Positions 47,370 to 56,823 of a DNA stretch of 64,000 nucleotides are shown piece by piece. A program made the position numbers and the translations under genes. The notes below the pieces were generated by a model. It was not told the DNA's origin. It did no database searches and worked only from the letters and a program-made list of their open reading frames with translations. The first letter of the stretch is position 1. Each line of letters opens with the position of its first letter. The DNA is from an uncultured Candidatus Saccharibacteria bacterium (lineage in GTDB: Bacteria; Patescibacteriota; Saccharimonadia; Saccharimonadales; JAGQNJ01), in contig CAZEED010000005.1 in NCBI GenBank assembly GCA_964510945.1, forward strand, positions 4,132 through 68,131. Reading direction: 5' to 3'.

Positions 47370-48614
47370 TTACCACCAGCCCTGGGCTTGCCAAGCACTA
47401 TAAGCCCCCTGCCAACTCCCATACCGACCATTAGCATAGCCACTAAAGTGATTTAGCTGACAAACGGGATCAGATTGCCAATTAGGACAAGCCGATATTA
47501 AGCTACCAGCGTCACACTTTTGCCCTAGACCTATGCATCGGTTAGCGCTAACGCTGGCTGGATTCCAGCCGGATTCACGACCGATGATATAGTCAACATA
47601 CTGATACTGTGATGGATCGATACCGGCAGCCTTCATCCAATCTAATTTGCTACCAGTGACTGTACCCCCAGGCAAAGCTAAATCAGTGGCCGAACCTGTG
47701 CCAACTGCAATGATTTTATCAACTGGCTTTTTAGCAACCACGGTCTTTAGCGCCTTTTTCTTTTTTGGATTAGACTTGTCGACTTCGTAAATAACAACTT
47801 TTTTGCCTTTTTCGCCCTCACGCCTAACGGCTGTTTCGCCGGCATCTAGATCAGGATCTTCAACACGCTTTTCTTTAAACGGAATACTCTCTGATTTTGT
47901 AATAATCTTTTTGCCAGGGTACGTTACATACACAACAGTGTTTGGCTTGAGCTTAGTCTTGGCTGGCGGGAATACCGTTATATCATCGCTGTTAAGACCT
48001 TTTTCGGCTATCAGCTCACCAACTGTCTTTGATAGTGTCCGCACGCTATATGTCTGACCGTACAAAACTAAACTAACTGGAATCGAACGCTTTATCACTA
48101 CTTTTTCGGCGATTACGCCTTCTTTAAGTAAATCGTCAGGTACCTTTAAGCGCACATCATCCTCCGGATAAACTTTGACCCCAACTTCTTCGGCAACCGC
48201 TCTGGCAGATTGCTGAGCACTAAGCACAGTTGTAATTTTTTTGCCGTCAATTACGGTCACCGGTCTGGCCCGATAAACATTAACCGTAAAATCATCTTCT
48301 AAAATTTGAGTACTGGCTTTTGGCTCGACCTCGTCGCCTTCGTTTAACGTTACGTTCATTCGCTTTAGCAAGTCACCGACAGTACGTGCTCTAGTAGGCA
48401 AAGTTTGCTTTTGATCATCAACGTAAACATTCACAATACGCTGGTCACCTGGCGCCACAGTGGTAGAGTTAAAACTTATAAATACGCCAATGGTCACAAA
48501 AAACAACACCATAAAGGTAATAACCGGTATCACGAGCGGATGCTTATGGATACGCATGATTTTTCGTCGCTTTTGCTTGGAAATTATCGGTTTTTTGGAA
48601 TTTTTTCTCAACAT
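47370..48614 (-). CDS. RpfB/YabE-architecture cell-wall protein: TM + 3x DUF348 + G5 + C-terminal lytic-transglycosylase-like domain
   Basis: Repeated DUF348-like ~45-aa units. G5 region (ETAVRREGEKGKKVVIYEV). C-terminal IIGRESGWNP..IGLGQ..RYGSW..GWW. Conserved synteny directly upstream of ksgA. Confidence 0.8.
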   Translation of the reverse strand: MLRKNSKKPIISKQKRRKIMRIHKHPLVIPVITFMVLFFVTIGVFISFNSTTVAPGDQRIVNVYVDDQKQTLPTRARTVGDLLKRMNVTLNEGDEVEPKASTQILEDDFTVNVYRARPVTVIDGKKITTVLSAQQSARAVAEEVGVKVYPEDDVRLKVPDDLLKEGVIAEKVVIKRSIPVSLVLYGQTYSVRTLSKTVGELIAEKGLNSDDITVFPPAKTKLKPNTVVYVTYPGKKIITKSESIPFKEKRVEDPDLDAGETAVRREGEKGKKVVIYEVDKSNPKKKKALKTVVAKKPVDKIIAVGTGSATDLALPGGTVTGSKLDWMKAAGIDPSQYQYVDYIIGRESGWNPASVSANRCIGLGQKCDAGSLISACPNWQSDPVCQLNHFSGYANGRYGSWQGAYSAWQAQGWW

Positions 48615-48726
48615 AATCTAAGGCTATGAATTGATCTAGTTTCGTTAATCTGTCTCTGTTGATAGTCAACAATAGCTAAGCGTTATTGTACCACCTTATT
48701 GGTACTGTTATAAGTAGCTAGTATAT

Positions 48727-51700
48727 TTATGATTCGATTTTTTGCAGTGGCGCCAAGCTAATATCGAGTTGTTTTGTGCCCCGCGACCCAAAACTAATCG
48801 TGGCAATATCGCCATCCATATGCACCACAGTGCCCTTACCAAATACCGAATGATTAATCCCATCGCCAATCTCTAGATCGGGAACATAACGAGGCTCAGT
48901 TGATACTGCCAAAGCTTCTTTTGGCCGAGGGGCATACTCACTAGCAAACGATCCACCAAAAACTGTTGGTTGATGGGTGTCTGCTAGACGCGAATCAACA
49001 TCAGCCAAGAATCTACTAGGAGGATTATGAAGCGTTCCGCCATAAAGCATGCGACTTGAAGCATACAGCAGATACAGTTCTTGCTTGGCCCGCGTCATGC
49101 CTACATAGCAAAGCCGACGTTCTTCCTCCATCTCGCTTGCATCATATAAAGCACGGGAATGAGGAAAAACTGTTTCTTCCATACCGCTCATAAAAACTAC
49201 TGGAAACTCAAGTCCTTTAGCACCGTGCAAAGTCATCAAGGTTACGCTATCCTTATGGGTATCATTATTATCACTACTCGTCAGCAGTGATACTTCCTCC
49301 AGGAAACCTTCTAGCCCAAGCTCTTCATACTCTGAAGCAACCGATAATAGCTCTTTGACGTTTTCTTGTCTTGCTTCTGACTGCATAGTGCCGTCATCTA
49401 GATAGGTAAGGTAATCTAGTCGCCTAACTAGCGAATCAACAAGACCAGACACATTACTATCGCCCATAACCTCTCGCATTGAACGTACAATATCTGCTAG
49501 TTCTAGCAAACCTTTACGGGCTTTTGGGGTGATATCGTTACATCGATCAGCATTTTGAAGAGCTTCGTCGAGGGTTATAGCATTCTCCGTTCGCCAAGCG
49601 TTAAAGTTAATTAACGACTTGGCGCCAACGCTCCGCGCCGGCACATTCACAATCCTCTCAAAACTCATCACATCCTCTGGCTGATAGATTAATCTTAAAT
49701 ATGCCATAATGTCCTTAATTTCTTTACGATCGTAAAACCTAACACCACCAACTATCCGATACGGAATGCCATAATGAACAAAAACTTCCTCCAGCGACCG
49801 ACTTTGGGCATTCGTCCGATAAAGTACGGCAAAATCTTTGTAAGTTCTTAGCCCACCATCTACTTGATTACGAATAGTCCTAACAATTGCCTCGCCTTCA
49901 TTGCGTTCAGAACCAACCGGAATAATCTGCACCGGCAGTCCATCGCCAAGATCAGTCCATAGTTTTTTAGTAGAACGATGAGCATTTTTTGAGATAACGC
50001 TATGTGCCGCATCCAAGATATGTTTTGTGCTTCGGTAGTTTTGCTCAAGTTTTATAACTTGGCAATTTTTATAATCTTTTTCGAAGTTCAAAATATTCTT
50101 AAAATCCGCCCCACGCCACGAATAAATCGAATTATGAACTACTATCCCTGATGCTATATAGTTATGGACTTTCTCGACATCAATATCATAAACATAACCT
50201 TTATAATCTTCTTTAACTACAGATAAAACCTGCTCTTCCGTAACTGCTTGATTTTCTAGCACTGGGACCAACATACCAGGATGTATCTGCCCAGCTGGTA
50301 GGTAAATAAACTTATTGCCGGTTAAAAATGCATACTTGCTAACCTGCAATTCGAAATTATTAGATTCTTGAATTCTTTCTACGATTTTTTCTATCTTACC
50401 GTAGTCAAGATTGTGAATCTCAACCCTAAAAGTTCCTGACTTACCATTTCTAACTTTGTAGCCTAGCTCTTCAAATAACTTTAAATCCTGCTTATCGGTT
50501 GTGTTTACAGAGATTCTACTAGCTGACCAAGGGCTTTGATTTGATATTCTTTTGTCGCCAAAAAGTACCACATTAACATTAATCCGTTTGCTACCGTTCC
50601 TAGTTGTTGCTTGTGGAAAAAAATGCGGATAATCAAAATTAATTCCCTGCTTTGCCATCAATTCTGAGGCTCTTTGTTCAGTATCTATCTCTGCGTATAA
50701 GGCATCGATGTACTTTTGATCAAACTGCATAAAGCGGTTTTTATAAGCATGAAATACTAACATTGGTATCCCAAACTTATAAGAATATAGGGCTTCTTTG
50801 TACATAGCCTCTTGCCGGTTTTTGCATACCTCTAGAATCCACATTCTGTCTGCGCGTTCTTGATTTGCCCTAATCCTTAGGCCAATATCGTATTTTTTAC
50901 CATCAAATCGCGTACCTTTAGCAACTCCGATTCTATATCCTTTGCCCTGCGCGTACATCAAATATACAAAATAAGAATCTGTTTTATCCCACCTAGAAAA
51001 TAGTATATGGTTGGGTGTACATGTCAGTTCTTTGCCTGAAATAGTTTTTATACGAACAACCTCGCCTTCGTAAGCAAACTTTTTAGTCCTCGTGACTTTA
51101 AAAAACTCAGTTTTTCCATAGCCGCTAGCTGACTTTACTAGTGCTGTATTAGTCATGTTTTCTATTTTTTGAATACCATTAGCTGTTTCAATATGAGTAC
51201 CCTCAACCAGACATTGCCAATCGTCCCCGACAACTGCAATATTATTATTTTCGTTGGTTAATAGCTTGATCAGTTTGTATTGGGCGGCATTGGTATCCTG
51301 ATACTCATCGATCATCACATAGCGAAACTGTTGTTGCCATTTTGTACGGATTTGTTCATTACCCGATAACATTTGCACAGTTCTTGAAATCAAATCATCA
51401 AAGTCCAAGGCCATGGCATCCTTTAGGGTTTTTTGATATAACGGATAGATGCGCGCCGCTTCTTTTTGGGTTGGACTACTAGCAGTAGAGGTTAGCTCAT
51501 CCGGCGAGATTAACTCGTTTTTTGCACTCGAGATAATACTCGATAATTTGCGGGCCGGAAAGCTTTTTTCGTCTATAGATAGTTCTTTAGATATCTTTTT
51601 TACGCAGGCCGTTCTATCAAGTTCGTCAAAGATTACAAAGTTCTTGGGGATGCCAATTTGATCACCGTCTTGACGCAATAAACGCACACAAATACTATGA

Positions 51701-51978
51701 AAAGTTCCCATAAATGGCATAAATGATCTGTCGTCAGATCGATGACCCAATAACTGCGCTACCCGTTCGCGCATCTCGCCGGCAGCTTTATTAGTAAAAG
51801 TAACGGCTAAGATGTTGTAGGGGGTTGCCAAGTTTTTATCGATAATATAGGCGATACGATGGGTCAAAGTTTTTGTTTTGCCACTTCCAGCGCCAGCAAG
51901 AATTAACAGTGGACCCTCGGTTGACTCTACCGCCCGCTGCTGTTCGCTATTTAGATCTTTTAAAAATTCCTCAACCAC
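48727..51978 (-). CDS. pcrA: ATP-dependent DNA helicase PcrA/UvrD, interrupted by an in-frame intein
   Basis: Motif I AGAGSGKT, motif II DEYQDTN. Motif III is split as VVGDDWQ / SIYSWRGAD. Motifs IV-VI and the C-terminal Tudor-like tail are present. The exteins sum to 722 aa. Confidence 0.95.
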   Translation of the reverse strand: MVEEFLKDLNSEQQRAVESTEGPLLILAGAGSGKTKTLTHRIAYIIDKNLATPYNILAVTFTNKAAGEMRERVAQLLGHRSDDRSFMPFMGTFHSICVRLLRQDGDQIGIPKNFVIFDELDRTACVKKISKELSIDEKSFPARKLSSIISSAKNELISPDELTSTASSPTQKEAARIYPLYQKTLKDAMALDFDDLISRTVQMLSGNEQIRTKWQQQFRYVMIDEYQDTNAAQYKLIKLLTNENNNIAVVGDDWQCLVEGTHIETANGIQKIENMTNTALVKSASGYGKTEFFKVTRTKKFAYEGEVVRIKTISGKELTCTPNHILFSRWDKTDSYFVYLMYAQGKGYRIGVAKGTRFDGKKYDIGLRIRANQERADRMWILEVCKNRQEAMYKEALYSYKFGIPMLVFHAYKNRFMQFDQKYIDALYAEIDTEQRASELMAKQGINFDYPHFFPQATTRNGSKRINVNVVLFGDKRISNQSPWSASRISVNTTDKQDLKLFEELGYKVRNGKSGTFRVEIHNLDYGKIEKIVERIQESNNFELQVSKYAFLTGNKFIYLPAGQIHPGMLVPVLENQAVTEEQVLSVVKEDYKGYVYDIDVEKVHNYIASGIVVHNSIYSWRGADFKNILNFEKDYKNCQVIKLEQNYRSTKHILDAAHSVISKNAHRSTKKLWTDLGDGLPVQIIPVGSERNEGEAIVRTIRNQVDGGLRTYKDFAVLYRTNAQSRSLEEVFVHYGIPYRIVGGVRFYDRKEIKDIMAYLRLIYQPEDVMSFERIVNVPARSVGAKSLINFNAWRTENAITLDEALQNADRCNDITPKARKGLLELADIVRSMREVMGDSNVSGLVDSLVRRLDYLTYLDDGTMQSEARQENVKELLSVASEYEELGLEGFLEEVSLLTSSDNNDTHKDSVTLMTLHGAKGLEFPVVFMSGMEETVFPHSRALYDASEMEEERRLCYVGMTRAKQELYLLYASSRMLYGGTLHNPPSRFLADVDSRLADTHQPTVFGGSFASEYAPRPKEALAVSTEPRYVPDLEIGDGINHSVFGKGTVVHMDGDIATISFGSRGTKQLDISLAPLQKIES
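50131..51213 (-). mobile_element. Class 1 intein (361 aa) in helicase motif III
   Basis: - Cys1 (TGT, 51213-51211) follows GDDWQ.
- Block A CLVEGTHIET, block B TPNHILF, blocks F/G YVYDIDVEKVHNYIASGIVVHN.
- Terminal HN (50136-50131) is followed by the Ser+1 extein residue.
- A ~230-aa central insert has no intact LAGLIDADG or HNH motif visible. Confidence 0.9.
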
Positions 51979-52023
51979 GACTAACTATTGTAACCCAAAC
52001 TATAAGCTTATAGCTGTTGTCAT

Positions 52024-52845
52024 TTAGTTTGAGATAACGTCAGTTAGAGGCTCGACACCAATATCCACCATGCCGGCATCGACAGCAAAATTTAGCGCTA
52101 CTAATCCCCCAACGATCAACACTACTAATAAGACAATCAATATCCTTATGTTGCGTTTACGACTTAACTGACCAATTGGAACATTATAAGTCTTGGCTTC
52201 AATCAATTCTTCGACATGCTTCGATCTAACTTCAAATTCTTTTTCTTCTTGTTTTTGTTTCTTACTTTCCGCTGCCTGCTCGGCCATTTCATTAACTATA
52301 CCGCCATCATCATATTCTTCTTTTGGTTCTTCTTTGATAGATTCTTTTTCTGCAGGTTGTTCGTCAGTATGCTTGGTTTCGGGTTCAGTTGACTTTATTT
52401 TTTCTTCAACTTTGTCGCTATCGCTTGGTTTTTCTGTATCTTTATTTTCTTTTGTGCTCTCATCTACTTTTTCGTCAGTATCATCAGAAATATTATCAAT
52501 AAACTTGCTGTCTGTGACGCGTTCAGCATCATTAGTCAAATCGTCCGCCTCAGGCTCATCTTTTTCGCCTTCATCTGGATTGGTTTCAGACGGAATGATC
52601 TTTATATGACTTTCGCTCGGTGGCTTGAGATTAGAGGCTAGCTTGTCGGTCATTTCTATTTTCGATATATTAGTCAAGTTGTCTTCGTCTGTACTTTGGC
52701 TTGGACTGATATCTTTTATCATTCCTGAAGGCCTAACTATCTCTGGTTTTTCTATTTTTAATTCGGGCATTTTACTTTTTTCAGTTGTGGTAATATCCAT
52801 GGATTTGTTTGAGCTGACATTTAAATTATTTGCTTTTGGGCTCAT
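52024..52845 (-). CDS. Hypothetical acidic/Lys-rich protein with C-terminal TM anchor
   Basis: 273 aa. Long E/K/D/S-rich low-complexity region, then ILIVLLVVLIVGGLVALNFAV. Abuts the tpiA stop. Confidence 0.6.
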   Translation of the reverse strand: MSPKANNLNVSSNKSMDITTTEKSKMPELKIEKPEIVRPSGMIKDISPSQSTDEDNLTNISKIEMTDKLASNLKPPSESHIKIIPSETNPDEGEKDEPEADDLTNDAERVTDSKFIDNISDDTDEKVDESTKENKDTEKPSDSDKVEEKIKSTEPETKHTDEQPAEKESIKEEPKEEYDDGGIVNEMAEQAAESKKQKQEEKEFEVRSKHVEELIEAKTYNVPIGQLSRKRNIRILIVLLVVLIVGGLVALNFAVDAGMVDIGVEPLTDVISN

Positions 52846-53633
52846 TATTTTTCCTCGACAATTTCTGTTAATGATCGATAGGCAGATTCTACTATTTCTG
52901 AGAACTTATGATAATTAAGGCTGGCTCCGCCTACTAATACTCCATCGCAACCATCAATATCCAAATACCCACGAGCTGTATGTTCATCTACGCTCCCACC
53001 AAATAACACTCTAACTCTATCGGCAGTTCGTTTGCCATACAAATCCCCGACTTGCTTACGAATATAGTCAAAGGCTTTTTTGATATCAAATGGCTTGGCT
53101 AGTTGACCTTCAAATGTACTAATTGCCCAAACTGGTTCATAAGCAATTACTATCTCTGATACTTCTTTAGCTGTCAGGTTGGCTAACGCTGTCGATAACT
53201 GATCGTGTAATACCTGATGCGTTTCGCCAGCCCGTCTTTCGGTCTTACTTTCACCCACACAAAGAATTGGTGTAATGTTGTTGCGGACGCTAGCGGCAAC
53301 TTTGTCTCTAATTAAATCCAGATTCTCACCAAAATGAATTCGACGCTCACTATGACCAATTATTACGTAATGAACAAGCTCTTGTATCTGAGTAAAAGAT
53401 ACTTCACCCGTAAATGCTCCCTCGTCTTTAGGATGGGCATTTTGGGCAGCTAGTCTAAACTTTCGTCGATCAATCTGTAGACTTAGCGGTTGAAGAACAA
53501 GCATAGTCGGGGCCAAGACAACCTCGATATCACGATATATCTTAATTCGTTCATGTAAACGATGCAGTAGCAAACTAGACTGACTTGTATTCAGATTCAT
53601 CTTCCAGTTACCGACAATTAATTTACGTTTCAT
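52845..53633 (-). CDS. tpiA: Triose-phosphate isomerase
   Basis: VGNWKMN, GHSERR, YEPVWAI, GGS motifs. Confidence 0.95.
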   Translation of the reverse strand: MKRKLIVGNWKMNLNTSQSSLLLHRLHERIKIYRDIEVVLAPTMLVLQPLSLQIDRRKFRLAAQNAHPKDEGAFTGEVSFTQIQELVHYVIIGHSERRIHFGENLDLIRDKVAASVRNNITPILCVGESKTERRAGETHQVLHDQLSTALANLTAKEVSEIVIAYEPVWAISTFEGQLAKPFDIKKAFDYIRKQVGDLYGKRTADRVRVLFGGSVDEHTARGYLDIDGCDGVLVGGASLNYHKFSEIVESAYRSLTEIVEEK

Positions 53634-53796
53634 TTGTGCTTATGTTTACCTTTGTTACAGTTTAACATATTGGAGCTTCTGCTTATACGATTTGTTATCC
53701 TACGGACGTCTAACGGCATCCGGCTTGTCCTTAGTAACTTTTTCGGTGTTGTTGTGGTTTTTAGTCCAAGCTCTGAAAAACAGAGGGTTTTTTTAT

Positions 53797-53892
53797 TAGT
53801 TTTTATCGAATGAATGCCGAGGACTAATCTGATTCCTTACTCTTAAATTAATAAATCAGATCGCTTGCGTTCCGCAGGCACGATAAAAACTA
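53797..53892. repeat. 96-nt imperfect-palindromic structured repeat, copy 2
   Basis: Outer stem tagtttttatcg/cgataaaaacta is a perfect 12 bp. The core is identical to copy 1. Located between pgk and tpiA. Confidence 0.7.
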
Positions 53893-54020
53893 ATCATAAT
53901 ACCCATATTGTTTTTCATCTGCTTGGTGGATTTTACTCAACTTTTACCACTAAAAGTTGATAGTACGCGAACATTTGTTACTCCACTGGCCAGCGGATAG
54001 CCGGCGCAAAAGTAAAAGAT

Positions 54021-55310
54021 CTACTTATCTTGTAGAACTTCAATACCTGGCAATTTTTTACCGGCAAGTAAATCTAGTGTTGCCCCACCACCCGTCGACA
54101 CATAATTAAAGCATCTAACTAGATTGCGTTCTTCAATATATGCCGAAGTGTCACCACCGCCAATCAGACTATATGGCCGATTACCAAATTGTCCAGAGAG
54201 CGCATCTAGGATTAGCTCTGTGCCGTGCGCAAACGGACCAATTGGACCGTTAACTGATGGCGTTTCGGTCACCCCCATAAGTCCATTCCATATAACCGTT
54301 TTGGCGTATTGGATACTACCAGCTATAAAAGCCCCAGAGAATGGCCCAATGTCTAAGATCAACTCATCAGCACGAATCTTTCTGGTACTGCTACGAGGCT
54401 GCCTTGGGTAACTCTCTATATCAGCGATAACATGCGCATCAAAATCTACGATCCTAGTCTTTGCGTGTTTGTCCACACTGTCAGCGACAACAAAGTCTTG
54501 TGGTAGATAAAAGACAAAGGGACGTTTTTTAGCCTCTGCTTCGGCTAGGTCTAATATATCTTTCGCAGTATCAATTTCGGCTTCATCAACTAAACTCTTA
54601 CCAACTTCAACACCCTTAGCTTTCAACAATGTATTAGCCATCGCTCCACCAATAGCCAGTAAATCAGCGGTTTTTATAAATACTTTTAAGACATCAATCT
54701 TATCGGCAATCTTTGCCCCGCCAACTATTGCGGTTAACGGTCTGACTGGATTCAAGACAACATCTGTAATCGCCTTATATTCTTTTTCAATTAACAGTCC
54801 GGCAACACTAGGCACAAAACTTGTTATCGCAACCGTTGAAGCATGTGAGCGATGAGCATTACCAAAGGCATCTTGCACAAAATAATCAACTCCACTCGCT
54901 AACTGTTTAGCAAAAGTTTTGTCGTTCGCTTCTTCTTGTGAGTAAAAACGTGTGTTCTCGAGTAGTAAAATTTGTTTGTTGTGTAGTAATTTTTTGGCAT
55001 CCTCAACTTTTGGGCCCACGCAATCATCAACAAACACAACATCTCGTTTAATGAGTTTTTCTAGAGATTCGGCTACTTTTTTTAAACTTAGATTAGGGAC
55101 AGCCTTCACATCCGGCCGACCACGATGGCTAATCAAGATAATCTTGCAGTTTTGATCTATTAGGTATTGCAAAGTAGGGAGCGACATTCGAATACGATAA
55201 TCATCTAGTACTTCGCCGTGCTCACCAGCCGGAACATTATAATCGACGCTCACCATCACCGTCTTATTATGAATGGGTACATCTTTAACAGTTTTTTTAG
55301 CTAAGATCAT
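54021..55310 (-). CDS. pgk: Phosphoglycerate kinase
   Basis: SHRGRP and GGGDT/STGGGA motifs. 429 aa. Confidence 0.95.
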   Translation of the reverse strand: MILAKKTVKDVPIHNKTVMVSVDYNVPAGEHGEVLDDYRIRMSLPTLQYLIDQNCKIILISHRGRPDVKAVPNLSLKKVAESLEKLIKRDVVFVDDCVGPKVEDAKKLLHNKQILLLENTRFYSQEEANDKTFAKQLASGVDYFVQDAFGNAHRSHASTVAITSFVPSVAGLLIEKEYKAITDVVLNPVRPLTAIVGGAKIADKIDVLKVFIKTADLLAIGGAMANTLLKAKGVEVGKSLVDEAEIDTAKDILDLAEAEAKKRPFVFYLPQDFVVADSVDKHAKTRIVDFDAHVIADIESYPRQPRSSTRKIRADELILDIGPFSGAFIAGSIQYAKTVIWNGLMGVTETPSVNGPIGPFAHGTELILDALSGQFGNRPYSLIGGGDTSAYIEERNLVRCFNYVSTGGGATLDLLAGKKLPGIEVLQDK

Positions 55311-56746
55311 ATTACTCGAACCTTAATTGTATCGGTGGTGCCAACTACTCCGGGGTGATTGCCTGATGCAGTAATTATTACATCGCCTTTTTCTAATACT
55401 TTTTCTTTAACCAGCCAATTTGTGAGTTTTGTTGCAGCAAATTTATCAACTGGTCTATCGTAACTCGTTACTCCGTAGACAATAGCCAGCTGATTAGCGA
55501 CAGATTTTTCTGACGCAACAGCGATAATCGTAGAATCAGGTCGTTGAGATGCAATATTGATTGCTGTTCCGCCCGATTTGGTCTCCGCTACAATTGCACT
55601 GGCATCGATTGTTTTTGCCAAACTAATAATTGCTCGAGAGATCGCATATTGACGATCTTTATCCTTTGGCGTTGAAGTAAATGTAGCCCTGACATCCGAA
55701 TTATTTTGCGTATAGTTAATAACCCTTTTCATGACTTTGACCGCTTCAACAGGGTATTGGCCAATGGCAGTTTCTTCAGAAAGCATAACCGAATCTGCGC
55801 CGACAATTACGGCAGTTGCAACGTCAGAAACTTCTGCCCGCGTGGGCTCCGATGCTTCAGTCATACTGGCTAGCATCTGTGTCGCCACAATTGTTGGTTT
55901 TTTATATTGTAGGCCCAGACCAATAATATGTCTTTGAGTTACCGGCACTGATTCAGGCGTGGTTTCTATTGCCAAGTCACCTCTAGCAACCATAATAACG
56001 TCAGCTTCTTGAAAGATCTCAACTATGTTTTCAACCGCTGCTTTTGTTTCTATCTTCGCAATAACTCGAGCTTTACTGCCAAGTGCCTTTAATTTACGCT
56101 TTAACTTCTCGACGTCACTAGCGCGTTGCACAAAACTAAGGGCCACGTAATCAATATCTTGCGTCGAGCCGAAAGCAATATCTTTACTGTCCTTTAAGGT
56201 GATTATGTCGCCTCCAAAATCTGTATCTGGAAGATTAATGCCTTTACGTTTGATTAACAAACCGTCATTTTTTGCTTCCGCCTGTATCAGACCATTCTCA
56301 TGCACTGCAGTAATAACAGTCTTAATTTTGCCATCGAACAAATACATCTGTTGACCACGTTTCACTTTTTTGCTCAGATCGTATTGCAGAGGGATAATGC
56401 CCGAACGCTCATAATCCGCTTTATACTTAAATTGAAGTTCTTGGTGTTTCTCGACATTGATAATTCCATCAAAGTCACCAAGCCGAATCTTTGGACCCTG
56501 TAGATCTTGAATAATCGCCACTGGTTTATCGCATTCATCAGAGGCCTTTCTGATCAGCCTAATAATCCTCTCCCACTCTTCATTATTGCCACCATGACTA
56601 AAATTAAGTCTTAGGCCATTTGCCCCAGCCTCTATTAGTCCAAGAATTGTCTCATAATCTTTGGTCGCAGGACCAACCGTGGCGATGATCTTTGTCCTTC
56701 GATATTTAGAGGCGTGCGTTTTACTGAATTGTTTAGTTTGTTCCAT
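55307..56746 (-). CDS. pyk: Pyruvate kinase
   Basis: TKIIATVGPA, NFSHG, MVARGDL and EET-type motifs. 4-nt overlap with pgk. Confidence 0.95.
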   Translation of the reverse strand: MEQTKQFSKTHASKYRRTKIIATVGPATKDYETILGLIEAGANGLRLNFSHGGNNEEWERIIRLIRKASDECDKPVAIIQDLQGPKIRLGDFDGIINVEKHQELQFKYKADYERSGIIPLQYDLSKKVKRGQQMYLFDGKIKTVITAVHENGLIQAEAKNDGLLIKRKGINLPDTDFGGDIITLKDSKDIAFGSTQDIDYVALSFVQRASDVEKLKRKLKALGSKARVIAKIETKAAVENIVEIFQEADVIMVARGDLAIETTPESVPVTQRHIIGLGLQYKKPTIVATQMLASMTEASEPTRAEVSDVATAVIVGADSVMLSEETAIGQYPVEAVKVMKRVINYTQNNSDVRATFTSTPKDKDRQYAISRAIISLAKTIDASAIVAETKSGGTAINIASQRPDSTIIAVASEKSVANQLAIVYGVTSYDRPVDKFAATKLTNWLVKEKVLEKGDVIITASGNHPGVVGTTDTIKVRVI

Positions 56747-56823
56747 TGCTTTTTAGTCTACATTTTTAAGATAATAATCTCTAGTGGTTATTAACTGATT
56801 TTAGTAATTTATTTGCTACTGCT

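Noticed and set aside
52193-52918. 138-aa and 97-aa plus-strand Ser/Phe/Leu-rich ORFs
   Set aside because: They are the mirror image of the E/K/D-rich codons of the 273-aa minus-strand gene, so they are a compositional artefact.
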